Assembly (NCBI GenBank): GCA_041739995.1
Contig: JBGSMV010000047.1
Span: forward strand, 192,001-256,000
Direction of reading: 5' to 3'
Source: Bdellovibrionota bacterium
GTDB lineage: Bacteria > Bdellovibrionota_C > UBA2361 > JBGSMV01
Length of the DNA: 64,000 bases
The stretch's first letter is position 1. Each line of letters starts with the position of its first letter. Position numbers and translations under genes: made by a program. Positions 10,235 to 20,368 of the stretch are shown here, one piece after another. The notes under the pieces are model-generated. The model was not told the DNA's origin, did not search any database, and saw only the letters and a list, made by a program, of their open reading frames with translations.

Positions 10235-11899
10235 CTACATCCCAAGGCGTTTGAGGTTCTCAGGTTTTCGTGCCGATGGAGCCTCTGGCTTCTGTGCTTC
10301 GCCATTTGTGGCTGGGGCCTGCTCCTCTTTTACCTTCTCGGCAGGCTCATGGTAGGCGATGCGTTGGTGATATATTCCCGTGAGCACGCGGGTGAAACTG
10401 CGCGCAATTTTATTAAGGTCTTTTAGTGTAAGGTCACATTCATTCAGCTCGCCGCTCGAAAAAACCTTATTGATCATCTTCTGCACTAACCCTTGAATGC
10501 GGTCGTGAGTTGGATCGGAAAGGGTTCTTGTCGCCGCTTCGATGCCGTCTGCGAGCATAAGAATTCCCGCCTCGCGCGTCTGTGGCCGAGGTCCGGGATA
10601 GCGGTAGAGACTCTCGTCAACTGAATCAAGCGGGAGTCCCGCTTCTTCGGCCTCTTTAATGGCTTTGTCATAAAAGAACTCAATGCGTGAAGTGCCATGG
10701 TGCTGGGGGATCATGTCTTCAAGCGCCTTGGGCAGTCCTTGCTTGCGCGCGAGCTCAATGCCGTCTTTTACATGACTGCGAATGATCAGTGCGGACATAG
10801 AAGTGCTCAAGCGCTCATGGCGGTTTTCCCCTGGAGGAGCATTCTCTATAAAATAAAGCGGCTTCTTAATTTTTCCGATGTCGTGAAAATAAGCACCTAC
10901 GCGTGAGAGCACCGGATTTCCGCCAATCTCTGAAGCAGCGGCTTCAGCCATCATGCCCATCACGGTAGAGTGATTCCATGTTCCAGGTGCTTGTACACTG
11001 AGCTCTTTAAGCAGTGGATGATCCAATGTCGCCATCTCAATCAGGCGCATATCAGTAACGTATCCGCCTAAGTGTTCAATGAGAGGCGCACAGCCAGAGA
11101 CCACAAATACGCATAAAACACCGCCAAGAAAGGTGGCGATAAGAGCGGTGATGCCGACAGACGGCGCGGGGTGCTCGGCTCCAAGAAAGAAAGCGAGCGC
11201 AAAAGGAAGAGCAACTAAAATAATCTGCATGCCGGCTTTGACGTTTGCCGAGCGGGAGCGAAACTGAGAAAGGCTTAAGCAACCCACAAGGCAGGTCACC
11301 AGCACAAAGGGTGCAGTTACTCCGGCTGCAGGCGAATATACTGCCACAGTGAAGGCGAGCGTGAGGGTAAAGAGCAGTCCGTAGTGAAAGCCCAAGACCG
11401 ATTGCAGCAGCATTGCACCAGCTGCGTATGGAATCGCAAATGCCAGCGCTTCGGCAGGTACCGAATTCACGGATTTCCCGGCCCCGAAACGAAAGAAGGC
11501 AGAAACGCTTTCAGCCACTAAAGTGCCGAACCAAATCATCGCAATCGAAAGCAATACGACGATGGTAAGCGAAGAAAGGTCCCTCACGGTTGGGTGGTAG
11601 GTGGGAGTGCTGATGGCGATAAAACGCTGCAAAAAGAAAAAGGCGACGAATAACGTCACGACTCTGCCCACCGCAGCGAGTGACCCAGTCGCCCCCACTA
11701 CTTCTTGCATAGAAAACTGATGCAGCATTGCTTCTCCGGCGAATGCCGCTACGAACGCAAACAACAATCCGTGGAGAGTGACCGAATAGAGAAAGCTTTT
11801 TGAAGAAGCGGAAGAGCTCCCAGAGCTTGGCGCAGACACACTCGAAGTCGACGTCGATGCCGCTGGTGCCGCGGGAGCATTGGGGGTTGAATTACTCAT
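10235..11899 (-). CDS. Multi-TM HD-domain phosphohydrolase (PgpH/YqfF-like)
   Basis: Multiple TM helices then APGTWNHS, YFHDIGK, QHHGT, YRYPGPRPQTRE, MLADGIEA; directly downstream of phoH. Confidence 0.9.
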   Translation of the reverse strand: MSNSTPNAPAAPAASTSTSSVSAPSSGSSSASSKSFLYSVTLHGLLFAFVAAFAGEAMLHQFSMQEVVGATGSLAAVGRVVTLFVAFFFLQRFIAISTPTYHPTVRDLSSLTIVVLLSIAMIWFGTLVAESVSAFFRFGAGKSVNSVPAEALAFAIPYAAGAMLLQSVLGFHYGLLFTLTLAFTVAVYSPAAGVTAPFVLVTCLVGCLSLSQFRSRSANVKAGMQIILVALPFALAFFLGAEHPAPSVGITALIATFLGGVLCVFVVSGCAPLIEHLGGYVTDMRLIEMATLDHPLLKELSVQAPGTWNHSTVMGMMAEAAASEIGGNPVLSRVGAYFHDIGKIKKPLYFIENAPPGENRHERLSTSMSALIIRSHVKDGIELARKQGLPKALEDMIPQHHGTSRIEFFYDKAIKEAEEAGLPLDSVDESLYRYPGPRPQTREAGILMLADGIEAATRTLSDPTHDRIQGLVQKMINKVFSSGELNECDLTLKDLNKIARSFTRVLTGIYHQRIAYHEPAEKVKEEQAPATNGEAQKPEAPSARKPENLKRLGM

Positions 11900-11907
11900 C
11901 TTTGAAG

Positions 11908-12933
11908 CTATGACTCGAGGCGCTCTTTGTTCTCGTATGCAGCGACAATCCTTGCTACCACCGGATGGCGAATTACATCCGTGTCGGAGAAGTATACGAA
12001 AGATATATCGGCAACGCCGCGCAAAGTATTGACCGCTTCGGACAGCCCAGAGCCCTGGCCGCGCGGTAGGTCAATTTGAGTAATGTCTCCTGTTACCACG
12101 CACTTAGAGCCGAATCCGAGTCGAGTAAGGAACATTTTCATTTGAACCGGAGTGGTATTTTGCGCCTCATCTAAAATTACAAAAGCGTTTGAAAGTGTTC
12201 TACCGCGCATAAAGGCCAGTGGCGCAACTTCAATTACCCCCTTCTCAACTAGCTCTTTGGCCCTTTCAAAGTCCACCATGTCGTGAAGCGCGTCATACAG
12301 AGGGCGAAGGTAAGGGTTAACTTTCTCGGCCAAGTCCCCTGGAAGGAACCCTAGCTTCTCGCCGGCTTCAACCGCAGGGCGGCAGAGAATAATGCGTTTC
12401 ACTTCCTTTTGGGCGAGTGCGGCTACAGCCATTGCCATGGCGAGATAGGTCTTTCCCGTACCCGCGGGGCCAATACCAAAAACGATGTCGTGAGCCTTAA
12501 TTGCCTCGACGTAATTCTTCTGCTGAAAAGTTTTTGGGGTAATACTGTGCTTTCGACCAGCGACTTTTACCTGGTCTCTAAAAAGCTCTTCGAGACGAAG
12601 CTTCCTATCGCCCGAAAGCATTTTAATTGCTCTTTCAAGATCACCTTTGAAAAGCACTTCGCCTTTGTCGATGAGATCTCTTAGCTGTGCAAGTAGATCC
12701 TGAGCGAGATCGACTTCATAGTCTTGCCCGGAAAGAATGAGACCCTCACCGTCGCGGCCGATCTTGACGCCTAGTTCGTTCTCTATAATTCGAAAATTAG
12801 AATCCTGCTCTCCGCCCAATGTCTGAAGGGTTGAGGGGTTTGGAAAAGCGACGTGGACTCCTCGCTCATCACCGCACAGCTGTCCTGAACGCGGTTTACT
12901 TGATTTCGATCCTGATGAGCTAGTTCCTGCCAC
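11908..12933 (-). CDS. phoH: PhoH-family ATPase
   Basis: GPAGTGKT, RPAVEAGEKLGFLPGDL, AFMRGRTL, ILDEAQN. Confidence 0.96.
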   Translation of the reverse strand: MAGTSSSGSKSSKPRSGQLCGDERGVHVAFPNPSTLQTLGGEQDSNFRIIENELGVKIGRDGEGLILSGQDYEVDLAQDLLAQLRDLIDKGEVLFKGDLERAIKMLSGDRKLRLEELFRDQVKVAGRKHSITPKTFQQKNYVEAIKAHDIVFGIGPAGTGKTYLAMAMAVAALAQKEVKRIILCRPAVEAGEKLGFLPGDLAEKVNPYLRPLYDALHDMVDFERAKELVEKGVIEVAPLAFMRGRTLSNAFVILDEAQNTTPVQMKMFLTRLGFGSKCVVTGDITQIDLPRGQGSGLSEAVNTLRGVADISFVYFSDTDVIRHPVVARIVAAYENKERLES

Positions 12934-12956
12934 TACGCAATCCTTACCCTTTTAGT

Positions 12957-15602
12957 CTAAGAAAGCATCTCTAATATTTTTGCCAAAGATGCGGATAGTT
13001 GCGCGGGGTTCACGCCGCCCGCTTGAGCGAAATCTGGGCGTCCGCCACCTTTACCACCACCCACTTCTGCGGCTGCTTTAATTAGCTTTCCAGCGTGTAC
13101 AGAGCCCGTCAAGTCCGACGTGACCCCAGCCACAATTACACAAGCATCCCCTTGAGGGGCACCAAGCACAACCACTCCCGACCCAATGCTCACTCTTAAC
13201 TTGTCTACCATACTCCGCAGAGTGTCATTATCGGCGGCTTCAACTTTGCGGCTGATGATTTTAATGCCCTTAGGCGTGGTGTGAACTTCCTTGGCGAGGT
13301 CATCAACAGCACTGGCCGCCAGCTTGCCCCGAGTTTGCTCAAGCTCAGTTTCGAGCGAGCGCACACGTGACTGCAGCTTTTCTACTTTATCCAGAATCTG
13401 CTCTCGACTTCCTTTGAGTAAAGAGGCGAGTGCCTCTTGCCCTTGTTGATCGTGTACCAACGCTTCGTATGCAGCGCGGCCTGCCAAGCACTCGATGCGC
13501 CTGACGCCTGCAGCAATACCCGCCTCGTGCGCAATCGTAACAAACCCGATATCACCGCTACGGGTTACGTGAGTACCTCCGCACAATTCAAGTGAGCGCG
13601 GTCCGATGTGAACCACACGCACATGAGAGCCATACTTCTCGCCAAACAACGCCATGGCTCCTGACTTCATGGCTTCTTCAACCGGCATTTCCTTGGTGAC
13701 TACGGCATGATTCTCTCGAATCTCAGCGTTAACTATCGATTGAATTTCAGAAAGTTGAACCGAAGTCACCGGCTCAAAATGGCTATAATCGAAACGGAGA
13801 CTCGAGTCATCAACCTTAGATCCTGCTTGCTTCACATGAGTGCCGAGCACCTTGCGTAACGCCGCGTGTACTAAATGTGTTGCAGAGTGGTGAGCGCGAA
13901 TCTCGTTGCGGCGCGCCGTATCTATAACTAAGTGAGCCTTCTTGTTCAGAAGGGAATCTACCGCGGTGCTTATCGCTGCCTTGCAGTAATGTACAAAGAA
14001 CTTATCTTGAACTTTTTGAACGTCAATGACCTCTAAAGTAACGGCAGCCTTCCCCGAGCCGAAGGCAATAGAGCCAGTATCTGCGACCTGTCCGCCGGAC
14101 TCGGCATAAAACGGAGTAGAGTCAAAAACAAGGGCACACTCGTCAGCAGTCGCGCCCGGGAAGTGCTGCAACAGTGTGCACTCAGCTTCAGTCGAGTCGT
14201 AGCCAAGAAATTTGGTCGGCGCGACTGTAATTTGAAGAGTTGAAAAGCTTAAATTCTGACTCTTGCGATCATCTCTTGAACGAGATTTTTGAGCCTGCAT
14301 CTGCTCTTCAAAACCTGCGACATCTATCGTGCGCCCAAAGCTTTTCAGTGCATCTTGGGTTAAGTCCAAGGGGAATCCGTAAGTGTCATGCAGCAAGAAT
14401 GCCGTCGCACCAGGAAACTGTTCTGAAGAACTAAGTTTCTCAACTTCGCGCTTTAAGATTCCGAGGCCTGAGTCGAGAGTTTCATGGAATTTCCGCTCCT
14501 CGGCTTCTACTACACGCTCAATCACATCTCTTCGTTGTAAGAGCTCAGGGTAGGTATCCCCAAGAATTGAAATAACTGTTCCTGTGGTGGCACGAAGAAA
14601 GGGCTCTCTCAACCCAAGACTTTGTCCATGACGAATAGCGCGGCGCATAATGCGCCTTAGGATATATGCGCGACCGTCACTGCCTGGCAGCACACCGTCA
14701 GCGATAATAGCTGCCATTGCGCGGGAATGGTCGGCGATTACGCGCATGGCTACGTCGTGCACATATTGCGTATCTGCGCCGTGATGAGGAGCGTCAAAAC
14801 GCGAACCTTCGTAGCGATGCCCGCTCAATGATTCACAGGTCGAAATGATCGGTCGCAGAAGGTCTGAATCGTAATTGGACCGCGCGTTTTGCAAGACGGC
14901 TGCAACCCGCTCGAGCCCCATGCCGGTGTCTACTGACGGTTTCGGGAGGGGGGTTAGTTTTCCTGATGCGTTGCGATCGAACTGCATGAACACCAGATTC
15001 CAAATCTCAAGAAAGCTCGAATCGCCCGCTTTAAGCATAGCTTCGGTGTTTTTAGATTCATCGCTACCGCAGAAATAATGAATTTCGGTGCACGGACCAC
15101 AGGGGCCAGTGTCGCCCATGGTCCAAAAATTCTCGGCTTCGCCAAGACGGATAATGCGTTGTTTGTCGACCGAAGTTAAATCGGCCCAAAGTTTTCCCGC
15201 TTCGTCGTCCTTTTCGAATATCGTTACCCACAACTTTGAAGCGGGGATGCCTAATACCTTAGTCACAAACTCCCAGCCGTACTTTATTGCGTCTGCTTTA
15301 AAATAGTCGCCGAAGGAGAAGTTGCCGAGCATTTCAAAGAAAGTGTGATGGCGCGCTGTGACGCCGACGTTCTCAAAGTCGTTGTGCTTGCCCGCGATAC
15401 GCATCACTTTTTGGCAGGTCACGGCGCGGCGATAGGGGCGAGTTTCGGCGCCGAGAAAGCAGTCCTTAAACTGATTCATCCCGGCGTTGGTGTACATGAG
15501 CGTAGGGTCGTCGTGAGGGACAAGGGACGAGCTGGGCACTTCGGTGTGTCCGTTATCACTGAAGTACTTAATGAAGGCTTGGCGAATCTCTGAACTTTTC
15601 AT
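12957..15602 (-). CDS. alaS: Alanyl-tRNA synthetase
   Basis: NAGMNQFK, HHTFFEMLGNFSFGDYFK, DTGMGLER, HSATH, ELCGGTH, GGGKGGG. Confidence 0.98.
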   Translation of the reverse strand: MKSSEIRQAFIKYFSDNGHTEVPSSSLVPHDDPTLMYTNAGMNQFKDCFLGAETRPYRRAVTCQKVMRIAGKHNDFENVGVTARHHTFFEMLGNFSFGDYFKADAIKYGWEFVTKVLGIPASKLWVTIFEKDDEAGKLWADLTSVDKQRIIRLGEAENFWTMGDTGPCGPCTEIHYFCGSDESKNTEAMLKAGDSSFLEIWNLVFMQFDRNASGKLTPLPKPSVDTGMGLERVAAVLQNARSNYDSDLLRPIISTCESLSGHRYEGSRFDAPHHGADTQYVHDVAMRVIADHSRAMAAIIADGVLPGSDGRAYILRRIMRRAIRHGQSLGLREPFLRATTGTVISILGDTYPELLQRRDVIERVVEAEERKFHETLDSGLGILKREVEKLSSSEQFPGATAFLLHDTYGFPLDLTQDALKSFGRTIDVAGFEEQMQAQKSRSRDDRKSQNLSFSTLQITVAPTKFLGYDSTEAECTLLQHFPGATADECALVFDSTPFYAESGGQVADTGSIAFGSGKAAVTLEVIDVQKVQDKFFVHYCKAAISTAVDSLLNKKAHLVIDTARRNEIRAHHSATHLVHAALRKVLGTHVKQAGSKVDDSSLRFDYSHFEPVTSVQLSEIQSIVNAEIRENHAVVTKEMPVEEAMKSGAMALFGEKYGSHVRVVHIGPRSLELCGGTHVTRSGDIGFVTIAHEAGIAAGVRRIECLAGRAAYEALVHDQQGQEALASLLKGSREQILDKVEKLQSRVRSLETELEQTRGKLAASAVDDLAKEVHTTPKGIKIISRKVEAADNDTLRSMVDKLRVSIGSGVVVLGAPQGDACVIVAGVTSDLTGSVHAGKLIKAAAEVGGGKGGGRPDFAQAGGVNPAQLSASLAKILEMLS

Positions 15603-15736
15603 TTGGAATCAATTCTAATCATTACTTACTAGGCTATAGCTTAGACACTATTTTGAGACAGAAATTGCAGTTTTGCATAGGAAAAACCGCTGATAACACT
15701 AAAAGTAGCTCTTAAGCCCCATACCGATGGCAAGCC

Positions 15737-17392
15737 TCATGTATTCACAAAATCGATCAGTTGAATATCCGGGTTTCGTTCCAGCATGAAGTTCTTCTCC
15801 CACTCGCCTGTGAACAATATGACCACGCGCCCCTTGGCATCGAGAGCCATAAAGGAGCTTTGCGGGCGGCGTAGATCGCGAGGATTTCCCCCTACCAGAT
15901 ATGAGCTAAAGCGATAGGGGAGAAGGTCGAGCTGGGTTTTAACCCCGTACTCCTCCTCTAATCGAAACTTCAGTACATCGAACTGCAATTGGCCAACGGC
16001 AGCGACATAAGGCGTGCCCTCAGGTTGCTCGAACGAGCGCAGTATTTGGACGGCGCCTTCAAGGCTGAGCTGCTCCATGCCTTTGATGAATGATTTATGT
16101 CGAAGTGCATCCAGCGGCCGAATCTGGGCGATTACTTCCGGGGGAAAACTTGGCATTGGCTTAAAATTGAAACCGCCTTCGAGGGAAATAGTATCGCCTA
16201 TAGCAAACGCTCCTGGGTTGATGACTCCAACCACATCACCTGGATAAGCGATGTCAGTGGTGTTGCGGTCTTGAGCCACCAAGCTGTAGGCCCGAGAGAG
16301 GCGAACTTCCTTGCCGAGGCGATGATGCTTCACCGACATGTCGCGTTCAAAGCGTCCGCTGCATATGCGAATGAACGCCATGCTGTCGCGATGCTTAGAA
16401 TTCATGTTGGCTTGTATCTTAAATACAAATCCGCTGAAGGCGTGTGTCGCAGGGTCAATCACCACTTCAGGCTGATCAGTGGCAACTTCGCCCAAGCCCC
16501 TTCCGCGATTCTCTGGGGCAAGGTTTGCTACATAAGAGCGAGGGCTAGGAGCGAGCGCAGTAAAACTGTCAAAGAATGGCTCTACACCGAAGTTAGTGAG
16601 CGCTGATCCAAAGAAAACAGGAGTAAGTTTTCCCGCAAGGAACGCTTCGTTATCAAAGGTATTTCCCGCAGCTTCTTGAAGTTCAAGATCTTCTTTAGCT
16701 TTGGCGAGCACGTCCGAATCGATTCGTTCCACTTTAGCGAGCTGGTCGAGTGCTATCTGTTCAACGATTGCCTTTTGAGCACCACCTTGTTGAGAGCGAC
16801 TAAAGAGCTGAACAGTCTTTGTCGCGAGCTCTACGACACCGACGAATGAGCGTCCTGATCCGATTGGCCAGTTCATTGGAGTTGCTTGAATGCCAAGCGC
16901 TTCCTCGACCTCGGTCATGAGGTCCAGAGGATCTCGACCAGGCAAATCCATTTTGTTCACAAAGGTAAGAATTGGAATGCCACGCATGCGACACACGGCG
17001 AACAGTTTTCGCGTTTGGTTTTCGACACCCTTGGCAGCATCAATCACCATGATGGCGCTGTCTGCGGCGGTCAGAGTTCTGTAGGTGTCTTCACTGAAAT
17101 CTTGGTGACCAGGAGTGTCGAGTACATTAATGACATGGCCCTTGTACTGAAACTGCATTGCCGAGGCGGTGATGCTGATACCGCGCTCTTGCTCCATCGC
17201 CATCCAGTCCGAGCTGGCTGCCTTTCCGCCCTTGCGCGCTCTGACCATGCCTGCGGTGCGCAGCATGCCTGAGTAAAGCAGCAGCTTCTCTGTCAGAGTG
17301 GTTTTACCGGCGTCGGGGTGACTGATGATGGCGAACGTACGTCTTAGAGAAGCTTCTGACTGTACTTCAGCGGGAGAGGCGAATTCTTGCAT
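15737..17392 (-). CDS. prfC: Peptide chain release factor 3
   Basis: RRTFAIISHPDAGKTTLTEKLLL, SDWMAME, DTPGHQDFSEDTYR, FKIQANM. Confidence 0.97.
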   Translation of the reverse strand: MQEFASPAEVQSEASLRRTFAIISHPDAGKTTLTEKLLLYSGMLRTAGMVRARKGGKAASSDWMAMEQERGISITASAMQFQYKGHVINVLDTPGHQDFSEDTYRTLTAADSAIMVIDAAKGVENQTRKLFAVCRMRGIPILTFVNKMDLPGRDPLDLMTEVEEALGIQATPMNWPIGSGRSFVGVVELATKTVQLFSRSQQGGAQKAIVEQIALDQLAKVERIDSDVLAKAKEDLELQEAAGNTFDNEAFLAGKLTPVFFGSALTNFGVEPFFDSFTALAPSPRSYVANLAPENRGRGLGEVATDQPEVVIDPATHAFSGFVFKIQANMNSKHRDSMAFIRICSGRFERDMSVKHHRLGKEVRLSRAYSLVAQDRNTTDIAYPGDVVGVINPGAFAIGDTISLEGGFNFKPMPSFPPEVIAQIRPLDALRHKSFIKGMEQLSLEGAVQILRSFEQPEGTPYVAAVGQLQFDVLKFRLEEEYGVKTQLDLLPYRFSSYLVGGNPRDLRRPQSSFMALDAKGRVVILFTGEWEKNFMLERNPDIQLIDFVNT

Positions 17393-17706
17393 GGAACCAA
17401 AAATTTAGACCAAAAGTTTAAAATTCTACTGGAAAACACTGCCGAAAGCCCCGAAGGACTCTGTGCGGTCGATTGCCCCCTACGGAGACGCCTAAAACTA
17501 TCTGGATTGAGGGATATTTGCTATCGCCTGAGGGCGTTCTGGGCGGGTTCTAAGGCAATACCAAGGGTGGGCGGGGGAGAGGACAAAAACGGCAAACTGA
17601 GGAAGAAAAGCCAGCCTTTCGCGTTTTGAGCGCTTCGGCTTGGTTATCTCCTAGATTTTCTGGGCTATATCTTCGGCTAGGCGCCTAAGAGAGTTCATAG
17701 CTCATC

Positions 17707-18162
17707 ATGACATCACCTCCTGTTGGATCTACCGTAAAACTTCGACGTACTCGTACGACCGGTATTGTCGAGAAAGTGAGCGGAGATTGGGTCGAGCTGT
17801 TGGTGGGCTCGGTACGGATGCGTGCCAGAATGTCGGAGGTTGAACTTAGTGCGCCAACTTCAAAGAAGGAAGAGACCACCACGCGATCCAAGCCATACAC
17901 TCTAGTAGCCGATTCAAGACATACGCCAGAATCGATAGATCTCCACGGACTCCGTGTTCATGAAGCGCTCTTGAAGACTGAAGAAGCCATAGACCGAGCA
18001 CTGCTTGCGGGGCTTTCTAGACTCTCGATAATTCACGGCGTAGGAATGGGAAAGATAATGGATGCGCTAGACGGGCTTCTGCCTCAGCTACCTTCTGTGG
18101 CGCATTTTGCAAGAGACACCAAGAATCCAGGCGTTACGCATGTGTATTTCCATGCGGCGTGA
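17707..18162 (+). CDS. Stand-alone Smr protein with N-terminal MutS2-KOW-like domain
   Basis: VGSTVKL..TGIVEK..VELLVGSVRM; IDLHGLRVHEA, IIHGVGMG, GVTHVYF. Confidence 0.85.
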   Translation: MTSPPVGSTVKLRRTRTTGIVEKVSGDWVELLVGSVRMRARMSEVELSAPTSKKEETTTRSKPYTLVADSRHTPESIDLHGLRVHEALLKTEEAIDRALLAGLSRLSIIHGVGMGKIMDALDGLLPQLPSVAHFARDTKNPGVTHVYFHAA

Positions 18163-18197
18163 GCGATGTGTGATCACCCGGTAGAGTGGTCTTTACA

Positions 18198-19382
18198 TTA
18201 CTCTGGATTGGCGACTTCTTGGAAGTTTTCTGCGAGAACCTCTCCAGTCAACTTGGCCACTTCCGTGAGCTCCTCTGCGCTGATGGTAAGCGGCGGCAGG
18301 AAGCGAATCACGGTAGGTCCGGCCGGAATCGCAAGCACGCCTCGTTCCATAAGCTTTGCGATATAGGGGGTGCTCTTTTCCTTTAGTTGCAAGCCAATCA
18401 TCAGTCCTAGATTTCGAATCTCTCTCACCTTAGGAGAGCTCAAGGCACGTAGTTGCTCTACGAAGGCCTTTCCCTTCTTAGAGGCAGTAGCTGCAAGATC
18501 ATGCTTTTGCATATAGCGGATAGTGGCGAGAGCGGCGGCGCAGGCAAGCGGATTTCCTCCAAAGGTCGTGCCGTGCTGCCCAATGTCCAAACATACTTTT
18601 GAGTTAGAAAGCACCGCGCCCATTGGAACGCCACCTGCAATGGATTTTGCGAGGCACAGAATGTCAGGCTCTACCCCATACTGTTCAAAAGCAAACATAG
18701 AACCCGTGCGACAAAACCCAGTCTGAATCTCGTCTAGAATCAACAGAGCTCCCCGCTCAGAGCAAATTTTACGTACTTGCTGCAAGTACTCTTGGTCTGC
18801 GACATAAACCCCGCCTTCACCTTGAACCACCTCAAGAATAACACCTGCCACCTTGTCATCGCAGGCATTACTGAAAGCTTCTAAGTTGTTAAAGGGCACG
18901 TGCTTAAACCCAGGAACCAATGGCTCAAAGCCTTCGCGGTACTTTGGATTATGCGTGGCGCTTAGCGCGCCCATGCTGCGGCCATGAAAACCACGCACTG
19001 CGGCAATGAAATCTGTGCGCCGCGTACTTGCCCGCGCAAACTTAATAGCGGCCTCGATTGCTTCTGTCCCTGAGTTGCAGAGAAAAACGCGATTCAGTGA
19101 CTTAGGGCCGAGCGAGGCCAGCAGCTCAAACAGCTCGGAGCGTGCCTGGTGGTGGAATATCCCGGTGCAGCTCAGTAGTTGACGCGACTGTGCGCAAATA
19201 GCTTCCACTACCTCAGGATTGCAGTGCCCGACATTTATGGAGCCGGAACCGGAAGAGCAGTCAATGTATGAGCGACCCGCGCTATCCCACAGACGCGATC
19301 CTTCACCACGGACAAGCGTGATTCCACGCTTAGGGTAAATCGCAAGCTCATACTGATCGGAGAGTTCGGCAGCGTTAACCAT
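18198..19382 (-). CDS. lysJ: [LysW]-aminoadipate semialdehyde transaminase (class III PLP aminotransferase)
   Basis: [53 protein letters not shown]; position in lysW cluster. Confidence 0.88.
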   Translation of the reverse strand: MVNAAELSDQYELAIYPKRGITLVRGEGSRLWDSAGRSYIDCSSGSGSINVGHCNPEVVEAICAQSRQLLSCTGIFHHQARSELFELLASLGPKSLNRVFLCNSGTEAIEAAIKFARASTRRTDFIAAVRGFHGRSMGALSATHNPKYREGFEPLVPGFKHVPFNNLEAFSNACDDKVAGVILEVVQGEGGVYVADQEYLQQVRKICSERGALLILDEIQTGFCRTGSMFAFEQYGVEPDILCLAKSIAGGVPMGAVLSNSKVCLDIGQHGTTFGGNPLACAAALATIRYMQKHDLAATASKKGKAFVEQLRALSSPKVREIRNLGLMIGLQLKEKSTPYIAKLMERGVLAIPAGPTVIRFLPPLTISAEELTEVAKLTGEVLAENFQEVANPE

Positions 19383-19418
19383 GGGAGAGCCTGTTAAAGT
19401 TGAAAATCGTTGAAAATT

Positions 19419-19510
19419 TAAATCTTAGTGGTCTTGGTGGTGCAAACAGAGCCTAGAAATCGCCCTAAATTTGATTAAACCACGAAGCCCAATAAGCGCA
19501 CGAAGTTAGA
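19419..19510 (+). repeat. Repeat family 3, copy 1
   Basis: taaatcttagtggt...gtggtgcaaa...ctagaaat...cctaaatttgattaaaccacgaagc...gcacgaa aligns to the reverse complement of 21061-21138. Confidence 0.8.
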
Positions 19511-19576
19511 AACATTGGTTGTTCAGAAGCTCCATAGGTCTACTAAGTTCCTGCTCATCGCCCTTTGAATACCTAC

Positions 19577-20368
19577 CTATTGAATAACAGTGCCTTGGCC
19601 CTCAAGCGCGCGCTGAAGCGGATTTGTCACGCGACCATCCGCAATCACCACTTTAGACTCGGACGTAGTCAGCAGACGCGAAATTGCCATTAGCTTACGA
19701 CGAAAGCGACCCTGTGCGGTGCTTTCACGCGCAGCAAGTTCAGAGCGAGTGAGTTTTGCAATGACTGAACCAGAATCTTCTGCATTATTCAGAAAACCTG
19801 GAGCTTCAATAAACTGCACTACGGTATCCGCCTTGCACGCGACCTGAAGCAACGCGACGATGTCGTCATTTTCCGAATTAATAGCATAACCATCCGCATC
19901 GAGAATGGGAACGGTGATAACAGGCACGTACCCATTGTCTAAAAGCATTTGAAGCAGCTGTTGGTTGACTGATCGTGGTTTGCCCGAAAAATCTCGCACC
20001 ATAATGGTCTTGCCATTCTGCCGCACGCGTATTCCCGCATTTCGCTCGCCGCGAATAAGCTGGCCATCAATACCTGAGAGACCAATCGCATTTACCCCGT
20101 GACGCTGAAAGAGCTCCACTAAGCGCTTGTTGCGTAGCCCGGCGTATGACATGCACATCAAGTCGATTAGTTCTTCGTCACTTTGAACACTCGAAATTCC
20201 TGAGGCGGATTCGAGCGTGGTTATGGTGGTACAAAGCTTCTTGGCAAGGCTGTCCCTTAAGGCATTGGCGCCGTGCACTACCAAAAAAGGCTGTTTGTAT
20301 TGGGCGAGGTCTTTAACAATCTCTTCGAGGTTAATCGAGGCACCTCCGCCGATTTTCACAATCATCAT
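19577..20368 (-). CDS. lysZ: [LysW]-aminoadipate kinase
   Basis: MIVKIGGG, VVHGAN, GLSGIDG, INSEND, GRFRRKL; ATG at 20368 with GGAGG RBS overlaps upstream TGA (ATGA). Confidence 0.9.
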   Translation of the reverse strand: MMIVKIGGGASINLEEIVKDLAQYKQPFLVVHGANALRDSLAKKLCTTITTLESASGISSVQSDEELIDLMCMSYAGLRNKRLVELFQRHGVNAIGLSGIDGQLIRGERNAGIRVRQNGKTIMVRDFSGKPRSVNQQLLQMLLDNGYVPVITVPILDADGYAINSENDDIVALLQVACKADTVVQFIEAPGFLNNAEDSGSVIAKLTRSELAARESTAQGRFRRKLMAISRLLTTSESKVVIADGRVTNPLQRALEGQGTVIQ

